From: Sphyrna mokarran
Taxonomy: Eukaryota
Length of the DNA: 64,000 bases
Direction: 5' to 3'
Assembly (NCBI GenBank): GCA_024679065.1
Contig: JAGIQG010000004.1
Coordinates: forward strand, 62,496,001-62,560,000
Shown here: piece by piece, positions 13,046 through 26,337 of the stretch
Layout of the letters: each line of letters starts with the position of its first letter
Position numbering within the stretch: position 1 is the first letter of the stretch
Translations under genes and position numbers: made by a program
The notes under the pieces: model-generated
The model's database searches: none
Told to the model about the DNA's origin: nothing
Seen by the model: the letters and a program-made list of their open reading frames with translations, nothing else

Positions 13046-14429
13046 GGATAGAACAAATTTCTGGCAATGCCACGATGACAGATAAGTTGAGCTGGTAGTT
13101 GCAAATCTCATTTGATCGGTATTGACTTAGGCGCTTGCCATTATCTCTTTAAATCTTTTGAATCTCTTCAAAGTGTGCACACCATCCGGGAAACAGCAAT
13201 GTTTCTCGTAGGCAAACGCAGCGCTCGTCAGGCTCCCTTCAGTCTATGCTAATTGTGGAGAACACCTCTCTCTCTCCATGTCGCTTACATTCCGGTCCCA
13301 GCGGCGCCTGGTTCGCTGTTGTCGGGAATAAGCGCTCAGATCAAATAAGAGGCAACACCATTTTAAGCCCGTCCATCGGCGCCCAACATAATTTCAGCAA
13401 GCACCAGTTTTCTTTTCGGGAGAGCTGCCCCAAGTTTCTTGGATGATGTTCGACACTGTGGAGGAGAAGAGCGCTACCCTCTTTGCAAATGTCGTGCCAT
13501 GACTAGTTCATGTTCTAGCATAAGCCTGTGACAACAAGGCAGAAGAATTAAGCTACATTAACAGGCGGACCTTACAAATGCCACAGGTAGACGAATGCCC
13601 TACTCCGACTATGGTTAGTCCTGCCTGCTGTAAGCCTCACTCACATCGGTAACCTCTGACATTTCACCTTAAATACTTAAAAACATCAAATATACGCACT
13701 CCATTCCTCTTTTTCAGGCTCCTGTCAAGAAATCCCCATCAAAATACCCTAAAGGTTCGGCGCAGTGCTCACACGTGTATGCCATCATCTGCCTACCTTA
13801 CTATCCTTGCCATACCGCAATATGATAATACCGTTGTTGTCTCTCCATCAGCTAAGGTTGCCGCAGCTTCAAGGAACAGAGGAACGGGTCTGTGCTTCGC
13901 GTCTCCACTCCCTTTGAGGAAAGGGGCCTGGGAATAGTGGGGTAGGGCCCAACGAGAGATGTGGTAAGACGTTAGTTCGGAATGGCCCGCTCAATTTTAG
14001 ACCTTTATTCACTGTCTGAAGTGAATGTATCATTTCCCAGAAACTTGATATTCGCCAATGGTAACACCATGTCTTTACTTTTCCAGGATCTCCATCAGTG
14101 ACAAGAACCATCTGATGTTTTTGTCCCGTTAAACCCGTGCTATGGCTATCTGGTGATCGAACTCTAGACTCCGGATTTTGAAGAATTTGAAGTTAATGGG
14201 CGTTTAAACTAAGCACGGCTATGGTGATACTTAACAATAGAAAGCTGTGATGTCAGATTTTGATCCATTAAAATAGAGGCAAAATATCCAGGAGGGCGTT
14301 GGAGGTGAACTGTGCTTGTAGAAGGACAGTGTGAACAATGGCGATATAAGATGCTGAGATAGGCAGATTGAATGAGCCAAAAACTATAAGACTCGGCATT
14401 TAGCTTGGCTGGCAATCAAATTAAATTGT

Positions 14430-15792
14430 CGGAAAAAATGTTTGAATCTGTTATCAAAGCAGAAATAACGAGGCACCTGAATACAACTGTTTGATCAATC
14501 AGACGCAGTACGGATTCGTTAAGGGAAAGTCGTGCTTGACGAATTTATTGAAGTTATATGACGAAGTGATTAGTGCGGTAGATAGAGCGGAACCGGTGGA
14601 TATGGTGTTTTTGGATTTTCAAAAGGCATTTGATAAGTTGCCTCCCAAAAGATTGCTGCAGAAGGCTAGGGTGCAGGCAGTTGGGGGTAGGGTGTTAGAC
14701 TGGATAGAGGATTGGTTGTCGAAAAGGAAGCAGAGGGTAGGTATGAATGGGTACTATTCTGATTGGCAGCTGGTGACTAGTGGAGTGCCCCTGGAATCGG
14801 TGCTGGGGCCTCAACTATTAACCATTTACATAGACGATGTAGGAAGGGGCTGAGTGCAGGGTGACGAAATTTGTTGATGGCACGAAGATGAGTGGAAAAG
14901 CAAATTGCGTGGAGGGTATAGAAAGCCTGCAGAGGGATCTGGATAGGTTGAGAGAATGGACGAGGACCTGGTAGATGGAGTATAATGTTAGCAAGTGTGA
15001 GGTTATCTACTTTGGAGGAATAATGGTAGGAAGGAGTACTATTTAAATGGTGAAAAGCTGCAGCATGCGACGGTGCAGAGGGACCTTGGGGGTCCTTGCG
15101 CACGAATCGCAAAAACACAGTTTGTAGGTGCAGCAGGTGATCAAAAAGTCAATGATGGCCTTCATAGCTGAGGGGATAGAATCTAGAAGTAGGGAGATAC
15201 TTTTGAAGCTGTATAGGGTATTGAGGCTGCAGCTGGAGTACTGTGTGCAGTTTTGGTCGCCGCATTCGAGGAAGAATATATTGGCCTTGGAGGGGGTTCA
15301 GAGAAGGTCCACTAGGCTGATGCCGGAGATGAGGGCGTTGGATTATGAGGAGAGACTAAATAGGCTAGGTTTGTACTCTTTGGAGTTTAGAAGGCTGAGA
15401 AGGGATCTTATAGAGACGTATGAGATAATGAAGGGGATGGATAGGGTAGAGGTTGAGAGATTCTTCCCCCTTAACAAAGATAGAGGACTAGAGGGCACAG
15501 CCTCAAGATTAGGTGGGGTGGCAGTTCAGTTTAGAGTTGAGGAGGAATTTTTTCATGCAAAGAATGGTGAATCTTTGGAATTGTCTGCCTGTTGAAGTGG
15601 TGGAGGCTTCCTCGCTGAATATATTTAAGTCAAGAGTGGATAGGTTTTTGATTGATAAGGAAATTAAGGGTTACGGGGTGAAAGCAGAAAAGTGGTACTG
15701 AATCACTGCAGATCAGCCATGATCTTACTGAATGGCGGGGCAGACTTGAGGAGTTGGATGGCCTACTCCTGATCCTATTTCTTATGTTCTTA
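14430..15792 (+). mobile_element. CR1-D (HER1-type tail) LINE 3' fragment
   Basis: RT motifs in ORFs 14491-14853 and 15128-15595. Tail gatcagccatgatcttactgaatggcgg..cctactcctg..cctatttcttatgttctt. Confidence 0.9.
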
Positions 15793-16094
15793 AAAGTTGG
15801 ATATTTCTAGATGATTACTTGTACGAGCATAAAATTGAAACAATATCTGGATGCAGAAAAGGTATACGGAAATAAGTATTTCTGACAAATTAGCAGATTA
15901 CTGATTCGCCATTTGAGAATATCCAAAATGAATGACCCGCTTTGGAAGAAATCATTTGGCTCAATCGTGAAATGATGTGGCACCTGCCCCCTACGTGCTA
16001 AATCGTTTCGTAACGATATCGCAAGCTGAGTATGAGAAAGGTCAAGGATGGAAAACCGATAACAAAACAAAACTGTGAGGGCAGGAGGCGACTA

Positions 16095-16100
16095 TTTATT
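16095..16100 (-). promoter_or_regulatory. Candidate polyadenylation signal of the receptor gene
   Basis: AATAAA on the minus strand about 550 nt downstream of the stop codon. Confidence 0.4.
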
Positions 16101-16645
16101 GAAAATATTGTAATTTGAAAAATGAAACATTCATGGATATGTTCACATCACATATCAAAGGAGGAGATGGGAGAGGTGGGTGTTGATGACAATGATAGCA
16201 CGTATATAGATTTAAACTATTCCTGGAATGATAATCGAGCGAATTCAAATTCATATGAGAAAATACAATGAAACATTAGTAAATTAAGGAGCGAATCAAG
16301 CGTATCACGTCTGGATATTGCATAGAGCAAAGATTAGCCAATCTAATGAAATTAAATGTCAATAAATGTAGACAATGGCGCAGAGAATTGTTTTCCTTTC
16401 ATGTTATCAATAAATGTGGAATGACAAGAACCCGAAAATCCGACGACGGAGGAGCATGGTCAAAAGCAATGGAGAGCCATGCGTGGAGTGAGTTTCAAGG
16501 CAAACAGAAAATCCACAATTAATATTTGTAGAAAAATCCACCTGCACTTTTCGAAAATGTCAAAGGCTTGACCGAGGAAAAGATAAACACAAGATGAATA
16601 CATCGATTATGCACTCATCGCGCAACACTTCCTTGTTTGCCTAAT

Positions 16646-16774
16646 TTAATCATTCGCTTTCACCGCTGCGTACGTTAATCCTGTTTCTCGGAATGTTGTT
16701 TTCGACGATGACCTGGAACCTATCAGATTCAGAGCAACGTAAGTCAGTTTGCTCTCAGCGGTGTTCTGTATGGC
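16646..16774 (-). CDS. Exon 7, terminal coding exon with two ITIMs
   Basis: Acceptor ttgatttacag, phase 0. AIQNTAESKLTYVALNLIGSRSSSKTTFRETGLTYAAVKAND* contains ITIMs LTYVAL and LTYAAV. Total CDS is 1041 nt with no internal stop. Confidence 0.85.
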   Translation of the reverse strand, partial: AIQNTAESKLTYVALNLIGSRSSSKTTFRETGLTYAAVKAND

Positions 16775-16915
16775 CTGTAAATCAACGACAGGGAGTAACT
16801 TACAATTTATTAAACTAAATTGTATTGAAATTGCATCAAATTGATTTTCAATATAATTTCAAAAACAAATTATAACAGAGAAGGTTAACGTTTCTATTTG
16901 CGAGCTGAGAATTAC

Positions 16916-17026
16916 CTCTGCATATACCGTCTGTTCTCTGTTTTGTTTCGGCATTTCGCCTCGCTTGGAATCGGTCAGATTAAGAGCAGCATACATCAAC
17001 TTGCTTTCGGCTGAATTTAGCTCCTT
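16916..17026 (-). CDS. Exon 6, cytoplasmic ITIM exon
   Basis: Acceptor aatccctag, donor GAG|gtaatt, 111 nt, phase 0-0. KELNSAESKLMYAALNLTDSKRGEMPKQNREQTVYAE contains ITIM LMYAAL. Confidence 0.85.
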
Positions 17027-17392
17027 CTAGGGATTCAATGTTTACTATTCAGTAAGTTTCATCTTTCGGACACAAGATCTTGCATACATACATACAAATT
17101 AGAAGCAGAAATCGGTCTCTCAATCTCTAAAACCATTTTGCTATTCCATAAAACATGATTGGTCTCCGTGTGACCTTAAGTACACTGTCCTTTCTACGCC
17201 CTGAATCTTCAAGCTTTGTAAACTGCCCTAATTAATTAAACTCCACAAGCATTTACAAATATCCCTCTAATCTCCTACAGTTCCTTGGCCTTTATTCACA
17301 GTAGTTCTTTACTTTGAAAAAAAAGCAAATCAGCATTAGTGTTTTTTTTTCAGTTTTCTCCTTTGTCAATCAGATAAAAATCAATCTTGAAC

Positions 17393-20300
17393 TACAAAGA
17401 GCAAAGAAGAACAAAGAACAAAACAGCACGGGAAACAGGCCCGTTGGCCTCACGAACCCGCGCCGCCACCTCGATGCTCCCCCTTCTACCCATAATCCCT
17501 GTCTATGTTTATAGATCTATGCATTGGAACCAAATTTGCGACAATTTAGAGAGAATTTGTTCTGCCAATGAGCCTAAGAACGCATCTTTGGGATGTGGAG
17601 GAAATCGGAGTGCCCAGAGAAAACCCACGCAAGCAAACTCCCACAGACATGGGCACAAATCCATGTATCTGCACAGCACAGCGATAGTCACTGAGCTGCC
17701 GTGTTGCCCATCAAATGGTCAAGCGTACACTAACGACGTGAAGCACTAGGATATTCTTGATAAATTCAAGAGCAGCCCTCTCACAACCCATCGCGTGTAT
17801 GCCCCTTGTTAGACAACAAGGCGGACCGAAGTACCTGGAGGATAACACAAACACATCATTGGCAATTTACACAATTCTTAGGGAAATCCCAAGTCTCCTG
17901 ATCCCCATTTTAAATCAGTCTGCTATATCCCTCCATTCCCATTCTGTTCATGTGCCCATCTAAGTACCTCTTAAATAAATCCAGAGTGCCTGCCTCCACC
18001 ACTTTACTTGGCAGCACGTTCCATACCCCCACCGCCCTCTGTGTGAAAAAACTCCCTCTAGCATCCAAATTATACCTTACCCCCCTCACCCTAAGCCCGT
18101 GATACTTCTCACTATTTGAGTCCATCCTAGGAAAAAGCTGAACCCTGTACTCTACCTATACCCCTCATAATCTTGTACACCTCTATTAGATCTCCTCTGA
18201 GTCTATGTTTTCTAAGGAAAACAGCCCCAATTTGCCTAACCTCTCCCCGTAACTCAAACCTTCCATACCAGGCAGCATCCTAGTAAACTTCCTCTGCACT
18301 CTCTCCACAGTCTCCACGCCCTTCCGTTAGTAAGGCGACCAGAACGGGATGCAGTATTCCAAATGAGGTCTAACCAACGTTTTATACAACTGCAACATTA
18401 AAGGCCAGCTCTTGTACTCCATACTCCTTCCTATAAAGGTTAACATGCCATATGCTTTCTTCACAACCTTCTCCACCTTCTCTGCCACCTTCAGAGATTT
18501 GTGCGCCTGCAACCCCAGATCCCTCTGCGTTTCTATACTCTTAATATGTCTATCCTTTATCATATACCTCCCCCTTACATTCTTTCTCCTGAAATGCATC
18601 ACCTCACATTTATCAGGATTGAATTCCATCTGCCATCTATCTGCCCAAGCTACCAGCCTATCTATGTCTTGCTGTATCGCCTGACAATGCTGCTCACTAT
18701 CTGCAAGTCCAGCCATCTTTGTATCGTCTGCAAATTTGATGATCACTCCACTTACTCCCTCTTCCAAGTCATTTATATATATTACAAATAGAGGAGGTCC
18801 CAGTACCGAGCCCTGCGACACACCACTAGTGACCAACTTCCAGCTAGAAAAACACCCTTCCACTATTACTCTCTGTCTCCTATTACAAAGCCAGATACTT
18901 CTCCATCTAGCTACCTGAAATCCATTAGCCTTGACCTTTTCAACTAACCTCCCGTGAGGGACTTTGTCAAACGCCTTACTGAAATCCATATAGACGACAT
19001 CAATGGCTCGCCCTTCGTCCACCGTTTTCGTCACCTCCTCAAAAAATTCTATCAGATTTGTAAGGCACGACCTCCCCTTAACAAAGCCATGCTGTGTATC
19101 TGTAATCAGATCGCAACGTTCTTAGATCCTATACGTCCTGTCTCTAACAATCCCCTCGAACAGCTTCGCTACCACTGATGTCAAACTCACCGGCCTATAA
19201 TTACCAGGGTTATCCCTACTACCCTTTTTAAACAACGGTACAACATTAGCTATTCTCCAGTCCTCTCGACCTCACCTGTGTCCAAAGAAGAGACAAAGAT
19301 TTGCGTCAGCGAGCCAGCAATTTCACCTCGCGCCTCCCTAAGCAGCCTGGGATAAATGCCATCAGGCCCCAGAGATTTATCACTTTTAATGTTACCTAGA
19401 AGCTCTAACACTTCCTCCCTCGGTATGGATATTTCCCTCAACTGGTCTACATCTCCCTCAGTGACAGGGCCGGTCTACAAGCCCTTCTCGTTCGCAAATA
19501 CTGACGCAAAATATTCATTCAGGATCTCTCCCACTCCCTCGGGCTCTAAGCACAGTTCTCCTCCTCTGTCCCTAAGAGGTCCTATTTTTCCTCTCACCAC
19601 CCTTTTATTCCTAACATAGGAGTAAAACGCCTTTGGATTTTCCTTAATTCTATCTGCTAAAGCCATTTCATGCCCCCTTTTTGTCCACCTAACTCCCCGT
19701 TTGACCTCACTCCTACTCTCTCTATATTCCCCCAACGCTCTCTCCGTTCCCAGCGGCGTTGACTTCACATAAGCCTCTCTGTTCTTCCGAACCAAGTCCT
19801 CAATATCCCTAGTAATGCACGGCTCTCTAATCCTACCTTTGCCATCTTTCCTCTCAGCTCGCACGTATCTTTCTTGCAACATTTTCAGTATTCCCTTGTA
19901 AGAATCCCACACTCCAAGCATGGATTTACCCTCGAACAACCGTTCCCAATCAGTTTCCAAATGTTCCTGCCTAATCCGACTGTAGCTTAGCCTTCCTCCA
20001 ATTCAGCACCCTCTCCCTCTGGGAATAATATCCTTTTCCAACTGTATCCTAAAATAGGCAGAATTGTGGTCACTGTTAGCCACATGTACCCCTACTACAA
20101 CTTCAACCACCTGCCCTGGCTCATTACTCAGAACTAAATCCAATAAAGCCTCCTCTCTAGTTGGACTAGCTACATACTGCTCCAATGATCCTTCCAGTAC
20201 ACAAATTCCTCCCCGTTCGAATCTCCAGCTCTAGGTACCTTCCAATCCACCCCAGTGAGATTAAAATCTCCCAGTATAACAACTTTGTTCTTTCTGCACC

Positions 20301-20830
20301 TGTCCAAAATGTCTTTACGTATGCGTTCTTGCACTGCCCGTGGGCTGTTGAGTAGCCTATAATACACCCCTAGCATAGTTATTGCTCCCTTCCTATTCCT
20401 CAACACTACCCACAGTGACTGAAATCCTAACTCCTCTGTATTGTCTTCTGTCTGCACTGCTGTGATACTCTCTCCAACTAACAACGACATTCCCCCATCT
20501 CTTCTGGATCTTCTTCTGTCAGGCCTGAAAGATTTATACCCAGAAATATTCAGCTGCCACTGCTCGCCTTCCTTTAACCACGTCTCCGTTACTGCAAACG
20601 CATCTAAGTTCCTTGCAAACATTAAGGCCCTAAGTTCATCTGTTTTTCCTGTTATGCTCCTCGCATTGAAACAGACTCACTCCAGACGTCCAAGCACCCT
20701 CGGAACCTCCTTCTTCCTGGTGTATTTCCTCTCATCCAAGCTTACACAGTCTCCCATCTCGCTCCCTACCGAGCTATCGGTGTCATCCCCCCACCCCCAC
20801 CCTTGCCCCCTCCATATAAATTAAATAAAC
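17393..20830 (-). mobile_element. CR1-B-type LINE with near-complete degenerate ORF2, in receptor intron 5
   Basis: APE endonuclease (FNARSI, AVTETWL, LGDFN, SDHN) and RT ORFs 18327-19034 etc., plus the long 3'UTR module. Confidence 0.92.
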
Positions 20831-20929
20831 ATGCCTTCACCGCTCTCTGATTAAATCAGTTCTACAGATGCATGGCCCGCTGAGACAGAAACAAATCAAA
20901 TCTCCTCATCAACATCATAAATGGTAAAT

Positions 20930-21830
20930 TTTGTTTTTTATTAAACAGCATCACCCAATTTCATCTTTTATTACAAAGTATCACATTCTTGGAACGTCTG
21001 TCCTGTCAAGACAACTCAGCATTTTTTTACTTTTCAAAAGATTACTTAGTCTTCTAAAGTGAAGAGTGTATCGACCCAATCTGTTAAAAATGTCCTCATT
21101 AAGTAACACGTTCATCTCAGCAATCAATGTGGTGAACATGTGCACTACAACTGACACTACATTTTTTTCAACAAAATAAAAGGCCAAAATGAGCCTACTC
21201 CAAGTTTCCTGATAGTTAGGTAGTCTTTGATAAATGCTATCACCTATGTCATGTGATCTTCCTATGTGTAACCTTTGATGTGGAGCATTATCTAATGCCT
21301 TTTTGAAATCCAGATACAGGAACTCTACAGGTTCGGTTTTATTTGCGTTGCTTGTTACTTTCTCAAATAACTCACACATTACGTAATGTAAAAAAAAATC
21401 CAGGCTACAACCCCATATTTACTCTGCTAATCTCCACCAGATTTTCCAAGTGCCCTATTAAAAATCCTTTATTAATAGATTACAGCATTTCCCCAAAGGC
21501 AGATGTTAAGCTAATTGTCCTGTCGTTCTGGAATTCTGCTTCCCTACGTTCTTGAACAAAAGAGCTACATTGGCTGTTTTATTCACTGCCAGAAACAAGG
21601 ACATTTTGAAAATTTAAATTCAAGTCATCCATTATCTCAGCAGTTATTTATTGAAGGACACTCGCAATAGTTGCCTCACGCTTTGGAATTTTCAGATCTT
21701 TCGTTGTGTTTTTTTTTCTCAGCAACATCATCCTGCTGAAAATAATAATTTTACGTTCTTGATTCCGTTTTGCATCGAGAGATCCAATTATTTCTGGTAT
21801 GTCTTTTGAATCCTCTACAGTGATACCTGT
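20930..21830 (-). mobile_element. Old CR1 remnant
   Basis: ORF 20981-21379 has a degenerate YLDFKKALDNAPHQRL motif. Confidence 0.65.
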
Positions 21831-22170
21831 TTCATTGATTCTGCTTTCGCTTGATTGACATTATTAATTCGTCAGACTCGCTCTTTGAACGAACAGCACT
21901 TTATAAGTAATTGTTTTTACAACACCTGCGGAAACTCTTCCAATGTGTGCTGCATGTTCATAGCTAATACTCGGTCCTGCTCTGTTGTTTCATTTCATTT
22001 TTACCATTAATCGCTGTAATTTATGTAACTTGTTCGTCTAATCTGCCAGTAATCTTAAGGGAATTGATTTTGTTTAGTTCAATTTGATCCTAACTTCCTT
22101 AGTTAGCCTCGGATGATATATCCATCTCCTCGAGATTTCTTTTCTTTCTAACTCAAATGACTGAGAATTA

Positions 22171-24745
22171 GAGAACTTAGAACATAGAACATAGAACAAT
22201 ACAGCACAGAACAGGCCCTTCGGCCTTCGATGTTGTGCCGACCAAAATAAAAAGCAATGCCCCTCCTAACTAAACCATTCCCTTCTCATCCATATACTTA
22301 TCAACTAACCTCTTAAACGCCACCAAACTTGGCGCATCTACAACAGCTGCAGGCAGGGCATTCCACTCCCTAATCACTCTTTGAGTAAAGAACCTACCTC
22401 TGATATCCGTCCTATAACTCATACCCCTTAATTTAAAGCTGTGTCCCCTCGTGCTAGCTTTCTCCATCCTAGGAAAAAGGCTATCACTGTCCACCCTATC
22501 TAAACCTCTAATCATCTTATATGCTTCAATAAGATCCCCCTTAGCCGCCTCCTTTCTAACGAAAACAACCTCAAATCCTTCAACCTCTCTTCATAGGACC
22601 TGCCCTCCATACCAGGCAACATCCTGGTAAACCTCCTCTGTACCCTCTCCAATGCCTCCACATCTTTCTTATAATGTGGCGACCAGAACTGCACACAATA
22701 CTCCAAGTGCGGCCGCACTAGAGTTTTGTACAGCTGCAACATGATGCTGCGGCTCCTAAATTCAATCCCCCTACCAATAAAAGCTAAGACTCCATATGCC
22801 TTCTTAACAACTTTATCCACTTGACTGCCTACTTTCAGGGATCTATTGACACATACACCAAGATCCTTCTGTTCCTCAACACTATTAAGAGCCCTACCAT
22901 TAGCCCTATACTCTACACATTTATTGTTCCTGCCAAAGTGCATTACCTCACACTTTTCCACATTAAACTCCATTTGCCACCTCTCGGCCCAGCTCTGCAA
23001 CTTGTCCAAGTCACTCTGTAAACTAAAACACCCCTCTTCACTATCTACCACACCACCAACTTTAGTATCATCTGCAAATTTACTGATCCATCCCTCAATA
23101 CCCTCATCCAGATCATTTATAAAAATTACAAACAGCAGGGGCCCCAAAACAGACCCCTGAGGCACACCACTCGTCACCGAACTCCACGATGAATATCTCC
23201 CATCAACCACCACCCTCTGTCTTCTATCTGCCAGCCAATTCCTAATCCAATTAGCTAAATCACCCTCTATTCCACACATCTGCATTTTCTGTAGAAGTCT
23301 TCCATGGGCCACCTTATCAAACGCCTTACTAAAGTCCATATATACTACATCAACCGCCTTACCCCCATCCACCTCTCTGGTCACTTTCTCAAAAAACTCA
23401 ATGAGGTTAGTAAGGCATGACCTACCCTTCACGAAACCATGCTGACTATCCCCAATCAATTCATTTCTCTCTAAATAACTATAAATCCTATCCCTAATAA
23501 TTCTCTCCAATACCTTGCCCACCACAGAAGTAAGACTCACTGGCCTATAATTCCCAGGAAGGTCTCTCTTCCCCTTCTTAAACAATGGGACCACATTCGC
23601 CATCCTCCAGTCCTCCGGAACCACACCCGTAACCAACGAGGACCTGAAGATCAGAGCCAGAGGCTCTGCAATCTCCTCTCTTGCCTCCCAGAGAATCCTA
23701 GGGTAAATCCCGTCCGGCCCAGGGGACTTATCCAACTTCAAACCCTCGAGAATTTCTAACACATCCTCCCTATCTACTACAATACTCCCCAATTTGCAAC
23801 CCTGTACCTCAGTGCTCTCCACAGCTACATTTCCAGCACTCTGCGTGAATACCGAAGAGAAATATTTATTCAGTGCCTCACCAATCTCTTCAGGCTCCAC
23901 GCACAACTTCCCACTGCTGTCTATGACTGGCCCTAATCTTGCCCTAACCAATCTTCTATTCTTAACATATCGAAAGAAAGCTTTAGGATTCTCCTTAATC
24001 CTATCAGCCAACATCTTCTCGTGTCCCCTCTTAGCTCTCCTCAATTCACTTTTTACCTCCTTCCTAGCTAATCTATAGCTATCCATTGCACTACCTGAGC
24101 CTTCAAGCCTCATCCTGACATAAGCCTCCTTTTTCTTCTTAACCAGCAAATCAACTCTTTTCGTACACCAAGGCTCTCTTACTCGTCCATTTCCTCCCTG
24201 CCTGACAGGGACATACTTATCAAGGACTCGCAGCAGCTGCTCCTTGAATAAGCACCACATTCCAGATGTTCCCAGTCCCTGTAGTTCCCTAGTCCAATCT
24301 ATGCACCCTAATTCTCTCCTGATGGCCTCATAATTACCCTTCCCCCAGCTATAACTACAGCCCCCAGCTTCATGCCTATCCCTGTCCATCACTAAGGTGA
24401 ACGTAACCGAATTGTGGTCACTATCACCAAAATGTTCACTAACTTCCAAGCCTAACACCTGGTCTGGCTCATTGCCCAGCACCAAATCCAATGTAGCCTC
24501 ACCTCTAGTTGGCCTATCTACATACTGAGTCAAAAAACCTTCCTGCACACTCTGTACGAAAACTGACCCCTCTAACGAGCTAGAGCTATAGCTATTCCAA
24601 TCAATATTAGCAAAGTTAAAGTCCCCATCACAATTACCCTACTACTTTCACTCCTAATCAGAATTGACTTCGCAATCCTTTCCTCAACCTCTCTAGAACT
24701 ATTAGGAGGTCTGTAAAAGACTCCCAACAGGGTGACCTCTCCTCC
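22171..24745 (-). mobile_element. Young CR1-A LINE, 5'-truncated within the endonuclease
   Basis: 678-aa ORF 22512-24548 with intact RT motifs (FADD). Flanking ORF pieces are offset by single frameshifts. (gttctat)n tail. Confidence 0.97.
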
Positions 24746-25574
24746 TATTAGACATTCTCCTTGAATGTCTAATAATAGCACAACAGCTGTGGATGCTGGA
24801 ATAACAACAGAAAATGCTGGAACATCTGAGCAGATTGACAGCATTCGTAGAGAGAAAATGGAACCAAGTCTGGATCACCCTTCGTCAGAAGCTCTGACCC
24901 CTTGTCAGCCATGCAACCGCAGCATATTGCACTAACAAAATATCGAGTATGGAAATAGCAAAGATCAGAGACTATTACAGCACAGAAACAGGTCCTTCCG
25001 CCCTGCAAGCTGACATGTCAGCTTGTGAAAGAGAAATCAAAGGGCTGCCTGAACAGTGTAAATAGTCTTTTTTTTCTGAATCGTCCAGAGGATAAAAAAA
25101 GTTCTTAAGCAAAGAATAACGGGTGATCTGATTTTAAACCGTGTAAGGCGGAAAGGCAAAAATACTGCTCTCTACTCTCGTTACCGATTCTACGCTGAGA
25201 TTAGAAATTTGAATTTTATTTGAAATATATTTTAAATAAAGTATTTTTCAGCATGCTGCAGCTTGGTTTACACGACAAGAAATGCAAATCTGCGAATCTT
25301 ATCCGAACTATCTTTTGTAGCCGAAAAGACATGTCATATTACCTAATATAGATGAAAAGTTAAAACTGCATTGAAAAATTGAAATAGCTGGCAGTGTTTG
25401 CAAACGCTTTTCCCATTTTTGTAATTTTACTTGTTTTTGCATAAAGTTGTGTTTTTACAGAAAAGAGAAGTCAAGTCCAATGTCCCACGTGTTTAAAAGA
25501 GATTTATTTAATGTGATGTATCAATCATTCATCTGAACTTGAGAAGTTCACGACTGATAATAAAATGTTCTTAC

Positions 25575-25618
25575 CTCATCTGTATGCTGTGTAGTATTTA
25601 TTGATTTTTTCTTTGCAC
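25575..25618 (-). CDS. Exon 5, juxtamembrane cytoplasmic exon
   Basis: Acceptor ttttcactag, donor GAG|gtaag, 44 nt, phase 1-0. Encodes (G)AKKKSINTTQHTDE and bridges the phases of exons 4 and 6. Confidence 0.8.
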
Positions 25619-26041
25619 CTAGTGAAAATCAAAAAGGACAACGTAAAAATACGGGGCATATTTGTATTTGACTCTAACAAGTCATGGTGATACGCTAATT
25701 TCGTAATTTATATCAAAGTATTCAAACCAAACGAATTTGTTTCGCCCCCGTTTCTTTATTAAAGTTACGCAAACACCATTGAACTATTCAATTTACATTT
25801 TTATGGTTACATCTTTATAATGAGGTTCGGAAAATGAAGCTAAGAGAATTATAATGTCAGATGTTTACGTAATACATGAGTTGAAGCAACATATAAATGT
25901 GATGGTATTTTTCCGTCCGTTAATTATACCAATTATACAAATAAGCAGCTTTGCTCCCGCTTATAGTTACTCGAATCGGATATTTTAAGATTTTGCTTGG
26001 GAGTAAGTTAGTTCTTTCAGTGTGAAAATTCTCATTCATAC

Positions 26042-26149
26042 CTTTGCACTTTATGACTCCTATCAGTATCATTAGGGTCAACAATAGAATTGCAAGCGCA
26101 CCACCGGACCATCCACCGATCATAAGAATATTGATTTTAAAGGGATTAG
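26042..26149 (-). CDS. Exon 4, transmembrane segment
   Basis: Acceptor ttttctcattttgatag, donor AAG|gtatga, 108 nt, phase 1-1. ILMIGGWSGGALAILLLTLMILIGVI is followed by KCK; the TM is uncharged and has GxxxG. Confidence 0.9.
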
Positions 26150-26337
26150 CTATCAAAATGAGAAAATTTCTTGTAAGCCACATGCACATAGTTTTCAATA
26201 TCAAATGCATAATTTTCAATTGCACTGTGAATCGAACATCATTATATGAAATATAAAACTTCAGTATATCATTTAATTATCGATATTTATGCAGCTGTTT
26301 TGTGTATCGTTCAAAAAAGCGCAATTGAAACATATAG

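Noticed and set aside
13100-13620. Possible continuation of ERV env after the CR1-B
   Set aside because: No env-like ORF; looks more like a very decayed Harbinger Myb remnant, too weak to call.
16910-16935. TVYAE as a canonical ITSM
   Set aside because: After splicing it reads TVYAEA, lacking V/I at Y+3. Kept only as an ITSM-like tyrosine.
20835-20880. Possible extra cytoplasmic exon in intron 5
   Set aside because: Stops in all frames and no GT donor.
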